From a virus (Duplodnaviria; Caudoviricetes): a stretch of 60,568 nt of DNA. The position numbers and the translations under genes are program-made. Shown here piece by piece: positions 28,059 to 36,609 of the stretch. Under the pieces are notes generated by a model. It saw only the letters and a program-made list of their open reading frames with translations, did not search any database and was not told the DNA's origin. The number at the start of each line of letters is the position of its first letter. Position 1 is the stretch's first letter. Location of the stretch: positions 1 to 60,568 of IMG/VR virus record IMGVR_UViG_3300030060_006589; one strand, written 5' to 3'.

Positions 28059-28295
28059 ATGACTAATAAAGAATTTACATGTTTCAACGAATGGAAGAAA
28101 CAACTAATAGAATACAAATCTAAAATACATTGGATAGATAAGAATGGAAAGAATCATTACTTATGGTCTAAGAAACCAACACTCGATAAAAATGGTAATG
28201 TAGATTATAGAAAACTATCTTACACTAACAAAGTAAACAGTATAAATACATATCGTTGGATATGTGAAAATAAACCTAAATTATTAATAAAATAG
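28059..28295 (+). CDS. Early hypothetical protein
   Basis: 78 aa basic ORF within the operon. Confidence 0.6.
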   Translation: MTNKEFTCFNEWKKQLIEYKSKIHWIDKNGKNHYLWSKKPTLDKNGNVDYRKLSYTNKVNSINTYRWICENKPKLLIK

Positions 28296-28364
28296 TAGTG
28301 TGTAGTTTTTAGTTTGATTTGGGGGGAGAACTTTCTCCCTCTTAATCATCAACTAACACCACTA
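28296..28364 (+). other. Long imperfect intergenic hairpin
   Basis: Nested pairings TAGTG/CACTA, TTAGTT/AACTAA, TGATT/AATCA and GGGAGA/TCTCCC. Confidence 0.55.
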
Positions 28365-28404
28365 TCATCAACTAAAACAATTACTAACTTAAAAATATAA
28401 AACT

Positions 28405-28665
28405 ATGAAAGAAAGAAAAAGTTTCGACTTATATAAATCAATTACAAGAAAAAGAGATATAGTAGATTACATAATGGACTACGAGTCTGGAAATATGTCC
28501 GATCTAGATATATTAAGAATGTTTAGCGAACTTATTAAAAATGGGATGGCTTGGAGTTTACAAGGACATTATGGAAGAACTGCAAATAGTCTAATTGAAA
28601 GCGAATACCTGTTAGCTAATGGAGATATTAATGAGGGGAAACTAGAAGATATAGGTATCCTTTGA
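28405..28665 (+). CDS. Conserved phage hypothetical protein
   Basis: IMDYESG...FSELIKNGMAWSLQGHYGRTANSLIE, a motif I recognise from diverse phages. Function unknown. Confidence 0.65.
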   Translation: MKERKSFDLYKSITRKRDIVDYIMDYESGNMSDLDILRMFSELIKNGMAWSLQGHYGRTANSLIESEYLLANGDINEGKLEDIGIL

Positions 28666-28831
28666 TACAAATAGCTACTAACATTAAAGAAGTAGGAGTA
28701 GAAGTAGAAGATAAGAGATATATATATTTTTATATAAAAATTATATAACTAACATAATTATCTACTAATAATGGTCGGAAGGTACAAGAAAAAAATGAGA
28801 ATGTCAAGTATTAACAAAAAAAAATAAAATT

Positions 28832-28933
28832 ATGGAAAATAAAAAAGAATTATACACAATAAATGGAATTAAAATATGGGCTTATTCAAAAGAAGATGCA
28901 AAGGAGAATTATGAAAGAATAATGCGAATATAA
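28832..28933 (+). CDS. Small early protein (33 aa)
   Basis: Not in the track. MENKKELYTINGIKIWAYSKEDAKENYERIMRI*, after TAAAATT. Confidence 0.5.
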   Translation: MENKKELYTINGIKIWAYSKEDAKENYERIMRI

Positions 28934-28945
28934 ATAAATAAAATT

Positions 28946-29071
28946 ATGAACAATTACGATAGAGAGCCATACCAAGATCAAGTGGATCAGACTCCATGTA
29001 AATTCTGTGGGGAAGATACTAACTATGACTTTTGTTCTACCTCATGTAGTAGAGCGTTCTTCAACGATTGA
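28946..29071 (+). CDS. Small Cys4 zinc-finger protein (41 aa)
   Basis: Not in the track. Contains CKFCGEDTNYDFCSTSC. Confidence 0.6.
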   Translation: MNNYDREPYQDQVDQTPCKFCGEDTNYDFCSTSCSRAFFND

Positions 29072-29103
29072 TTTGCATAAGTGAAAATTATTTACTATGT
29101 TAG
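29072..29103 (+). promoter_or_regulatory. Promoter, near-consensus
   Basis: TTTG (29072-75), 20 nt, TATGTTAG (29096-29103). Confidence 0.6.
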
Positions 29104-29120
29104 CAACAACTTATTAAATA

Positions 29121-29203
29121 GAAATGGGGAGTGTGAAAGGTAGCGTTACTAGTGAAAAGTGTGAATAAAACCTAACGCATCACACCCTACACTCCCTTAT
29201 TTC
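29121..29203 (+). ncRNA. Candidate structured leader RNA/ncRNA with pseudoknot potential
   Basis: Closing stem GAAATGGGGAGTGT/ACACTCCCTTATTTC encloses crossing pairings GCGTTA/TAACGC and GTGTGA/TCACAC. Confidence 0.55.
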
Positions 29204-29233
29204 TTTAAACTAAAACTAATTAAAACTAAAATT

Positions 29234-29422
29234 ATGGACAAGAAAAAAACTGCTTATCAAGATATAGTGGACAAGATTCACTACTATATAAACAACCCAC
29301 ACAAAAACCCTTATGATGTATTTGATTACGAGGGAGATGAGGTTATACTAGACTCAAATGGAGATCGGGTTGCTGGTAATAACTTAAATAAAAAGAATTG
29401 GTATTATAATAAAAACAAATAA
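29234..29422 (+). CDS. Hypothetical protein
   Basis: 62 aa after TAAAACTAAAATT. Confidence 0.6.
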   Translation: MDKKKTAYQDIVDKIHYYINNPHKNPYDVFDYEGDEVILDSNGDRVAGNNLNKKNWYYNKNK

Positions 29423-29426
29423 AATT

Positions 29427-29636
29427 ATGAAACAAACACCATACGATTTAAACGATTTAGATTACGCAAATTCTCAACCAAATGAGAATGAATTAACAAT
29501 AAAATCTTCAACAAACACATTGTTGGGTAAGCAATTAGCTTGGTTTAATCACTTTGTTGACTATGTCAATCAAGTAGATCCAAACATATATAACGAAGCA
29601 TGTGAATACTCTGATAATGCAGAGGAAAGTGTATAA
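29427..29636 (+). CDS. Hypothetical protein
   Basis: 69 aa ORF within the operon. Confidence 0.6.
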   Translation: MKQTPYDLNDLDYANSQPNENELTIKSSTNTLLGKQLAWFNHFVDYVNQVDPNIYNEACEYSDNAEESV

Positions 29637-29653
29637 CAATTAAAACTAAAATT

Positions 29654-29797
29654 ATGTCAGATAAAACAAATCATATATACGAAGATACATTTAAAGTAGA
29701 TATTAAGTATACATACGATAGGAAACACAACAAGGTTTACGATATAGATTCTGCTGTTAAAGAATTTAATACACTAATAAAAAAATTAATGAAATAG
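29654..29797 (+). CDS. Small hypothetical protein (47 aa)
   Basis: Not in the track. MSDKTNHIYEDTFKVDIKYTYDRKHNKVYDIDSAVKEFNTLIKKLMK*. Confidence 0.55.
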   Translation: MSDKTNHIYEDTFKVDIKYTYDRKHNKVYDIDSAVKEFNTLIKKLMK

Positions 29798-29801
29798 AAT
29801 T

Positions 29802-29951
29802 ATGGATATATTTATAACAATAACAATGTCTTTTATAGCTTTGTATTTATGTTTATTTCTAACTATATTTAGTTTCGTTTTTATATTAGGAATATATACG
29901 GAGATTGTACAACCTATCTTAAGACTCATTAAAAAATTACATCATGGATAG
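29802..29951 (+). CDS. Small single-pass membrane protein (49 aa)
   Basis: Not in the track. MDIFITITMSFIALYLCLFLTIFSFVFILGIY is strongly hydrophobic. Confidence 0.5.
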   Translation: MDIFITITMSFIALYLCLFLTIFSFVFILGIYTEIVQPILRLIKKLHHG

Positions 29952-30273
29952 TATAGTTTTTAGAAAAACACATAACTTAAATTTTGCTATAGAAAAAATA
30001 GGTAAGAAATCTAAATCTTGTAACGATTATGTGCAAGAAAAGAAATTACAAAGAATAATAAAGCAAAGTTTAAAAGATCAAGAAACAATAAAAGATCTGA
30101 TCGGTGTAAAAGGTTTTGGCAAAACAGAAGAATCAGTAATTGAGAACATAAAAGTAGTTATTCAAGATAAGATACTAGCATTGAACGGTAAAGAGATCAA
30201 ACATTACATTGAACAATTACAGAAGGTGCCAGTCTCATATTGTATTAAACAGATTAGAAAAAAATACTCATAA
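29944..30273 (+). CDS. Hypothetical basic protein
   Basis: 109 aa. GVKGFGKT could be an HhH-like turn. Confidence 0.55.
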   Translation: MDSIVFRKTHNLNFAIEKIGKKSKSCNDYVQEKKLQRIIKQSLKDQETIKDLIGVKGFGKTEESVIENIKVVIQDKILALNGKEIKHYIEQLQKVPVSYCIKQIRKKYS

Positions 30274-30363
30274 CCCTGATCTTGAAAAAAACTTTCAGAA
30301 ATAGTAGGATAAGTGAAACTTATTTACTAAATTGCAATTAAAATTAACTTAAATTAAATTAAA

Positions 30364-30873
30364 ATGACTAAACTTAAAACAATAAACATCAAAGGAAAGA
30401 AGTATGTAGAAGTCAACGAAAGACTTAAATACTTTAGATCAAACTACCCTAACTATTCATTAGTGTCTGAGATAACTCATATTGATTCAGAAATGGTAGT
30501 GGTAAAATCAGATATACTAGACTCAGAAGGTAATAGGCTAGCAACTGGACACGCACATGAAGAAAAGTCTGCTAGTTTTATAAACAAGACAAGCTACGTG
30601 GAAAACTGTGAAACATCATCATGGGGTAGATGTTTAGCTAATTTTGGTATAGGGATTGACGAGTCTGTAGCTTCAGCTAACGAAGTAGATATAGCTATTA
30701 AAAAACAGAACATGAAATCTACAGCAAAGAAGATGACTATAGAAGTTTATCAAGCTATGATGAAGTCTATCAAAGACGGTAATAAAGATCTTGTTACTGA
30801 GCATATGAATAAATATGATATGACTAAGGCTCAGAAAGATGCAATAACTAAAGCTATTAACGAAACAGCATAA
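30364..30873 (+). CDS. Single-strand annealing protein (Rad52/Sak-like)
   Basis: KGKKYVEVNERL...ATGHAHE...VENCETSSWGRCLANFGIG...ASANEV, next to an exonuclease gene. Confidence 0.7.
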   Translation: MTKLKTINIKGKKYVEVNERLKYFRSNYPNYSLVSEITHIDSEMVVVKSDILDSEGNRLATGHAHEEKSASFINKTSYVENCETSSWGRCLANFGIGIDESVASANEVDIAIKKQNMKSTAKKMTIEVYQAMMKSIKDGNKDLVTEHMNKYDMTKAQKDAITKAINETA

Positions 30874-30878
30874 TAATT

Positions 30879-31652
30879 ATGGATGAGATAATAAAAAAGT
30901 TTGCCTCTGACGAGGTTTACTACAGCGACTATTCTTTTGTAACTAACTCACAGCTAGGATTAATTAAACGTAGCCCAGCAACCTATCAACATTATAGGGA
31001 CAATCCTAGTGATCGACCTATTACTAAGGCACTTAATTTTGGTAGAGCGTTTCATATGTGTATGCTTGAGCATGATAAATATGAGAAAGAAGTTGTGGTA
31101 GAGCCAGATGTGAACAAAAGAACTAAAGCTGGTAAAGAGGAATACCAAAAGTTTTTAGATCTACACAGTGGAATGACAATACTATCGCATGATGAGGATG
31201 AGTCTTTAACTGGCATGAGAAAAAAGTTAACATCCTCTGTTGAAGCTATGGAATTATTATCTGGTGGGTTAGCTGAACAAGTTAATGTATGGAATGATCC
31301 AGACACTAAAATAGCGTGTAAAGGAAAGGCTGACTACTGGAATAAAGACAGGAATATTCTTGTGGATATAAAGACAACTCAAGACTCTAGCCCTGATGGC
31401 TTCAGAAAGTCAGCTTATAAGTATGGATATGACAGGCAAGCCTCTTTTTATTTAGATGGGTTTGGTGTAGACCAGTTTTGGTTTATAGTTATAGAAAAGT
31501 CGGCTCCATATAACATGGCTATATATAATTGCAGTGAGGAATTTATAGATGAGGGTAGAATGAAGTACAAAAAACTATTAGACACATATAGCTTATACTT
31601 TATTCAACAACTCTTTGATCCATACGAACATGTATATACAGGAACTTTATAA
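30879..31652 (+). CDS. RecE/exonuclease VIII-like PD-(D/E)xK nuclease (DUF3799-like)
   Basis: TNSQL, FGRAFH, KGKADY, LVDIKTT, YGYDRQASFY, FIVIEK. Confidence 0.85.
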   Translation: MDEIIKKFASDEVYYSDYSFVTNSQLGLIKRSPATYQHYRDNPSDRPITKALNFGRAFHMCMLEHDKYEKEVVVEPDVNKRTKAGKEEYQKFLDLHSGMTILSHDEDESLTGMRKKLTSSVEAMELLSGGLAEQVNVWNDPDTKIACKGKADYWNKDRNILVDIKTTQDSSPDGFRKSAYKYGYDRQASFYLDGFGVDQFWFIVIEKSAPYNMAIYNCSEEFIDEGRMKYKKLLDTYSLYFIQQLFDPYEHVYTGTL

Positions 31653-31663
31653 AAATTAAAATT

Positions 31664-31870
31664 ATGACTAAATTATTTAAAACATTAAAACAAAACAAGG
31701 TAACTAAAAATAAAGTAGGAGAGATAACAGGATTGTCTATACCTACAGTTAGGAAATACCTTAAAAACCCAGACTTATTCTCTGTGGGAGATGGTAAGAA
31801 TATTGTAAAACACTTAAACAAACAAGATTATGAGTACACTTTTGGAGAACTATTTAACATTAAAGAATAG
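31664..31870 (+). CDS. Small HTH DNA-binding protein (Cro/XRE-like)
   Basis: TKNKVGEITGLSIPTVRKYLKNP is an HTH pattern. Confidence 0.65.
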   Translation: MTKLFKTLKQNKVTKNKVGEITGLSIPTVRKYLKNPDLFSVGDGKNIVKHLNKQDYEYTFGELFNIKE

Positions 31871-32285
31871 TTTTAGAGATAGATCTTTTGGTAACACACT
31901 TCTTTTAATCACTGGAACATTTAAAATAACACCTAATCAAATTATGGCTAGTGGAGGTAGAAAAAGAAAACTTGTACAAGCTAGAAACATGTTATGCTAC
32001 ATGATGTATAACAAAATGGACTATAGATTAGAAGACGTGGCTGAAAGAATCGGATACAGAAATCACACCTCTGTAATGCATGCTTTAAACATGCATGATG
32101 TTGATCTTAAATTTGATATGTCATATGCAGAAAAATACCAAATAGTTGTGGATGGTCTAAAGATAGAAGATCCTCACGAAACTGGTGTTGACTTCGGAAA
32201 CACCGAAGGAACTTTAAAGTCTTTTCACTACAAAATATTAGTAATAGAGAGTAGAATGGAAGCTTTAGAGAAGTTTATTAATTAA
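31830..32285 (+). CDS. DnaA domain IV-like HTH protein
   Basis: RKRKLVQARNMLCYM...LEDVAERIGYRNHTSVMHA matches the DnaA C-terminal R..ARQ.AMYL...IG...RDHTTV.HA pattern. Confidence 0.75.
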   Translation: MSTLLENYLTLKNSFRDRSFGNTLLLITGTFKITPNQIMASGGRKRKLVQARNMLCYMMYNKMDYRLEDVAERIGYRNHTSVMHALNMHDVDLKFDMSYAEKYQIVVDGLKIEDPHETGVDFGNTEGTLKSFHYKILVIESRMEALEKFIN

Positions 32286-32309
32286 TTAACTAACTAAAAT
32301 TATTTTATT

Positions 32310-32576
32310 ATGAATAATGAGAACATTTACTGCGGAAGCGGTACAGAGAAAGTCTTCGATGAAGGAAGATCTCTTGTTAACTTTTCACTGGATCTAGCTA
32401 AGCTAAAGGATCATGTGTATGAGTATAATGGCAAGAAATATGTTAACCTTACTATTGGTGCCAACAGAGACGGTGCTAATGAGTACGGAAAAACTCACTA
32501 TGTTAAGATAAATACGTTTAAGCCAGAGCCTCAGTCTGAGTCGAAAGAGAAGAAAGAGGAAGCTTTACCGTTTTAA
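32310..32576 (+). CDS. Probable single-stranded DNA-binding protein
   Basis: 88 aa beta-rich protein with NGKKYVNLTI and an acidic C-terminal EEALPF tail. Confidence 0.6.
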   Translation: MNNENIYCGSGTEKVFDEGRSLVNFSLDLAKLKDHVYEYNGKKYVNLTIGANRDGANEYGKTHYVKINTFKPEPQSESKEKKEEALPF

Positions 32577-32588
32577 CTTAACACTTAT

Positions 32589-32618
32589 GGAGGGGGATAT
32601 AGGGGTATGTCCCTCTCT
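32589..32618 (+). terminator. Stem-loop after the SSB gene
   Basis: GGAGGGGGATATA-gggg-TATGTCCCTCTCT inverted repeat with a weak U-tract. Confidence 0.45.
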
Positions 32619-32635
32619 ATATAAAAAACTAAACT

Positions 32636-33136
32636 ATGTATTTAAAAATATCTGAACATACGTCTATTGATAGCAATTCTGTTGCTGGGTTTTCTTGCGA
32701 AGGAAGAATACTTTATATAATAAGAAAAAACCAAGACAAGCCTTTAGATATTATATATGATACAGAAGAAGAATGTAGTAAAATATTTCAAAACCTAAAT
32801 AATCATTTTAAAAGTAAAGATCTAGTCACACCACTATCATCAGTTACAAAAACAAAAGAGGACAGAGAAGTAAAATTAGCTATGTTTAAAGCCTTTTGGA
32901 ATCTGTATAACAAAAAGACTGGTATGCAGAAATGTCAGGATAAATTTCTTAAGTATGGGTTAGCTACAATGCAGACCATAATAGACGCTGTACCCACATA
33001 TGTAAAAGAAACTCCTGATCCAAAATTTAGAAAGCACCCACTTACTTGGTTGAATGGAGAATATTGGAAAGATGAAAAAGTAAAAGAGGAAGAGAAAAAG
33101 AAACAAGAATTTAATGTAAACGATTTATTTAAATGA
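32636..33136 (+). CDS. Replication initiator/replisome-organiser-like protein
   Basis: C-terminal FKAFWNLYNKK...KFRKHPLTWLNGEYWKDE, directly upstream of the helicase. Confidence 0.6.
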   Translation: MYLKISEHTSIDSNSVAGFSCEGRILYIIRKNQDKPLDIIYDTEEECSKIFQNLNNHFKSKDLVTPLSSVTKTKEDREVKLAMFKAFWNLYNKKTGMQKCQDKFLKYGLATMQTIIDAVPTYVKETPDPKFRKHPLTWLNGEYWKDEKVKEEEKKKQEFNVNDLFK

Positions 33137-34923
33137 GCCTAAATAATGATAGAATACGTATTAATAAAACACAAGGGGAGGTAAGACATATATGTTATAA
33201 TTGTTCTGGAGATCGCAAGAAATCTAATGAGAAATGTCTAGCTATAAATGCGGAAACTGGAGCGTACTTGTGTCATCACTGCGGAGACAGTGGTATTATT
33301 AATCAATATAAAACATACGAAAAACGAAAGGATATAGAATATTCTAGACCTGAAATGCACAATTCTACTGGATTGTCAGATGAGATGGTAGACTGGTTTA
33401 GATCAAGAGGTATATCTCAAAAGGTTTTAGTTAAGAATAAAATAACACAAAAAAAGGAATATATGCCACAAGTGTCTTCAAATAGAAACGTAATATGCTT
33501 TAATTACTTTAGGGATGGAGAACTTGTGAATGTAAAATACAGGGACGGAGAAAAGAATTTTAAGCAACATAAAGACGCTGAGAAAATATTCTACGGTCTA
33601 GATGATATAAAAGATCACAAGGATGTATATATAGTAGAAGGAGAAATGGATAAGCTATCTTTAAACGAAATAGGAATAGAGAACTGTGTATCTGTACCTG
33701 ATGGGGCACCTAATCCTGGTACTAAAAACTATGATAATAAATTCTCTTATCTAGATAACTGCTGGGAATATTTTCAAAATATGGAGAAGATATATATATG
33801 TTCAGATAATGATGCAAACGGAAGAGTTTTGCTAGAAGAACTTAGCAGAAGAATAGGAAGAGAAAGATGTTTTATAGTTAAGTTTCCTGATGAAATAAAA
33901 GATGCTAATCAAATGCTTGTAGATCAAGGTGTATTAGCTTTAGAAAAAATATTAAAAGACGCTGAACCGTATCCAGTAGATGGTATTTTTACTGTTAAGT
34001 CTGAGCAAGACTACATGATAGATGTATTCAACAACGGTAAAAAGAAAGGACTAACTACAGGATATCAAGTATTAGACAATCACTATACCCTCAGAACTTC
34101 AGAACTAGATGTGTGGACAGGTATTCCAGGCTCAGGTAAAACAATGATGGCTATGCAGATAATGCTAAATGCCTCTGTTTTATATGGGTGGAAGTGGGGA
34201 ATATTTTCTCCAGAAAACTACCCAGTGGGGGACCTGTTCGACACTCTAGCTGAAATGTATATAGGCAACACATCTGATGTAGATGTAAATGATAGAATGA
34301 GTATATATGAATACGAGAAAGCTATAGAATTTTTAAACGATCATTTCTTTGCTATATATCCTGAAGATGATTTTAGTCTTGATAATATATTGTCTAAATT
34401 TAAACATTTAGTGTTAAGACACGGTATAAAAGGTTGTTTACTGGACCCATTTAATCAGCTGGATCATAAGTTTGCTGGTAAAGATGAAACAACATACATA
34501 GGTGAATGCCTTACTCAGATAAGAAGGTTTGAGCAGGTTAATGATCTTAAGTTTATTATTATAGCACACCCAAGAAAGATGGACAGAGATGATCAAGGTG
34601 GTTATAAAAAACCTACAGCGTATGACATTAGTGGTAGTCAGAACTGGTTTAATAAAGCGGACAATGTTATATGTATACATAGAGATGATGCTATGGATAT
34701 AAACAATACTTCAGTAGCCTTTAGTGTGCAAAAAGTTAAGTTTCAAAAGCTTGTGGGTGTTCCAGGAGAAGAGTCTTTAAAATATGATAGAAGGTCTGGT
34801 AGATATTTAGATCACCAAATGAGTTGCCCGCTAGATGGTGTTAGCCAAACACATAGTTTATGGAGGGAGAAAACTACATACTCACCAGAACAGGAATGGA
34901 TAACTAGAAAAGATTTAGAATGA
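33133..34923 (+). CDS. Primase-helicase (T7 gp4/Twinkle-like)
   Basis: Zn finger CYNC...CHHCG, TOPRIM IVEGEMDKLS and DNDANG, Walker A TGIPGSGKT, LLDPFNQL, IAHPRK, DISGS. Confidence 0.93.
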   Translation: MSLNNDRIRINKTQGEVRHICYNCSGDRKKSNEKCLAINAETGAYLCHHCGDSGIINQYKTYEKRKDIEYSRPEMHNSTGLSDEMVDWFRSRGISQKVLVKNKITQKKEYMPQVSSNRNVICFNYFRDGELVNVKYRDGEKNFKQHKDAEKIFYGLDDIKDHKDVYIVEGEMDKLSLNEIGIENCVSVPDGAPNPGTKNYDNKFSYLDNCWEYFQNMEKIYICSDNDANGRVLLEELSRRIGRERCFIVKFPDEIKDANQMLVDQGVLALEKILKDAEPYPVDGIFTVKSEQDYMIDVFNNGKKKGLTTGYQVLDNHYTLRTSELDVWTGIPGSGKTMMAMQIMLNASVLYGWKWGIFSPENYPVGDLFDTLAEMYIGNTSDVDVNDRMSIYEYEKAIEFLNDHFFAIYPEDDFSLDNILSKFKHLVLRHGIKGCLLDPFNQLDHKFAGKDETTYIGECLTQIRRFEQVNDLKFIIIAHPRKMDRDDQGGYKKPTAYDISGSQNWFNKADNVICIHRDDAMDINNTSVAFSVQKVKFQKLVGVPGEESLKYDRRSGRYLDHQMSCPLDGVSQTHSLWREKTTYSPEQEWITRKDLE

Positions 34924-35192
34924 GAAAACAGATATACGTATTAACTATTGAGTGTTCTTACCAGAATGTAAATAAAAATAAGGTAGGGAAAAAGGTGGTA
35001 AGTAAAAATATAAACCATATAACTATACATAATGTTTTTACAGAAAATACCATTGAAGGCTTGCAAAATTGTGAGAGATCTATGAAGAAAATAGAACGTG
35101 AAATAAAGAAAAGAAACAAAAAAGAAGTAAAAATAAAAGTAGATAAAATTTTAGACTCACTGCCAGTTGGTATGAGTAACGATATATATTAA
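34920..35192 (+). CDS. Hypothetical basic protein
   Basis: 90 aa, start overlaps the helicase stop. Confidence 0.55.
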   Translation: MRKQIYVLTIECSYQNVNKNKVGKKVVSKNINHITIHNVFTENTIEGLQNCERSMKKIEREIKKRNKKEVKIKVDKILDSLPVGMSNDIY

Positions 35193-35207
35193 CCAAAATT
35201 ACTAATT

Positions 35208-35627
35208 ATGAAGAAGATATTTTTTATTGCGTTGATGCTGACGGGTCAGCTATTCGCACAAATTGAAAGTGGTTTATATTACTCTGAAGATGTATATATG
35301 TCTGACGTTGATGATTTTATGCCCTATAACACTGTAAAAATAGAACCAACTCAATATTTAGATATAACAAATGACGGTATAAGAATATTTCCCCAAAACA
35401 CTTTTGGAGTGTATCACGCATGGAAACATATAGGAATGTTCGCTGGCTATGACACATATATATTAACCAATAACACAAAAGTCTGTCATGTGCCAGAAGA
35501 GAGTATTATATACTATTTTTATGAATATGAATATGATCACTTTGAGTTTAAAAGACTTATAGAATTTCGTAACGTAACACGAATCTCAGACTCCGTAAGT
35601 GGTAATTATTTAATGGAACTAGAATGA
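35208..35627 (+). CDS. Exported hypothetical protein
   Basis: Signal peptide MKKIFFIALMLTGQLFA followed by Q. Confidence 0.6.
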   Translation: MKKIFFIALMLTGQLFAQIESGLYYSEDVYMSDVDDFMPYNTVKIEPTQYLDITNDGIRIFPQNTFGVYHAWKHIGMFAGYDTYILTNNTKVCHVPEESIIYYFYEYEYDHFEFKRLIEFRNVTRISDSVSGNYLMELE

Positions 35628-36160
35628 AAAGAAAAAGAAAATATAATAAAAAAGTAAGGAATGCTACAGCCACCACATTTAATGGCGTTAAATTTAAATC
35701 AAAGTTAGAGAAGTTTACATACCAATGCCTTAAGGTGGCTGGCATACCTTTTAAGTACGAAGAAGATAGGTTTATTTTAATAGACAAGTTTATATATGAA
35801 GGAGAATGTATTGAGAAAAAGAAAAGCAAAGGAAAGAATGTGTTTGTAAGATCCTCTGAAAACATATCTCAAGCCACTTATCTTCCTGACTTTACCAATC
35901 TTGAGCAAGGATGGATCATAGAATGTAAAGGTTTAAGAACAGAGGCGTTTAATCTTAGATGGAAATTATTTAAAAACATGCTTGCAAAAGAGAAAAAAAG
36001 TTACGATCTTTACATGCCAGGGACACAGAAACAAATAATGGAGGTTGTTGAAAAACTTAAGTTAAAAAACAATGATTTCAAAGGAAGACAAAGCAAGGTC
36101 GGACAAAAAAATAAGAAGAGAGTCCCAGTTGGAAGCAGAAAAAAACGGAATGGATCTTAG
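35624..36160 (+). CDS. PD-(D/E)xK endonuclease, T7 endonuclease I-like resolvase
   Basis: FKSKLE...FKYEE...TYLPDF...IIECKG. Confidence 0.75.
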   Translation: MKRKRKYNKKVRNATATTFNGVKFKSKLEKFTYQCLKVAGIPFKYEEDRFILIDKFIYEGECIEKKKSKGKNVFVRSSENISQATYLPDFTNLEQGWIIECKGLRTEAFNLRWKLFKNMLAKEKKSYDLYMPGTQKQIMEVVEKLKLKNNDFKGRQSKVGQKNKKRVPVGSRKKRNGS

Positions 36161-36227
36161 ATCTAAACCGTATAAGAATAAAAAGAAATATACAAGAAAG
36201 AATAAACATGTTAAAGACAGTTTTTAA
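36072..36227 (+). CDS. Small basic protein (51 aa) with an ArfA-like motif
   Basis: Not in the track. MISKEDKARSDKKIRRESQLEAEKNGMDLRSKPYKNKKKYTRKNKHVKDSF*, overlapping both neighbours. Confidence 0.45.
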   Translation: MISKEDKARSDKKIRRESQLEAEKNGMDLRSKPYKNKKKYTRKNKHVKDSF

Positions 36228-36609
36228 ATCACTATTAGGAGACGCTTCAAAGATTATTGATGAAGTTGTAACAACTAAAGAGGAGAAACTAACCTTAAAG
36301 TTACAGATGAAACAAATGATTGAGAACGCTAAAGCTAGTGCTCAAGAACAGGTAACTAGAAGATGGGAGGCTGATGCTAAAGCTGGATGGTTGCCAGCCA
36401 ATATTAGACCTTTGACTCTAGCTTTTTTAACTGTTATGCTGGTGGTTATGTCTTTCTTTGATGGTAATGTAGGGGAGTTTAAAATGAATCCAATGTACGG
36501 TCCAATTTATACCCAGCTCCTACTTGTAGTATACTCAGCGTACTTCGCTGGTAGATCAATCGAGAAAATAAAAAATAATAATAATAAAATTAAAGACAAT
36601 GGAAAATAA
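36208..36609 (+). CDS. Holin (GTA 3TM holin-like)
   Basis: RWEAD...WLPANIRPLTL, two hydrophobic segments, AYFAGRSIEK. Confidence 0.75.
   Translation: MLKTVFKSLLGDASKIIDEVVTTKEEKLTLKLQMKQMIENAKASAQEQVTRRWEADAKAGWLPANIRPLTLAFLTVMLVVMSFFDGNVGEFKMNPMYGPIYTQLLLVVYSAYFAGRSIEKIKNNNNKIKDNGK

Noticed and set aside
25120-30363. tRNA genes, integrase/att sites or a diversity-generating retroelement
   Set aside because: I saw no cloverleaf with a T-loop consensus, no recombinase or reverse transcriptase motifs, and no TR/VR-like repeat pair. This was by eye only.
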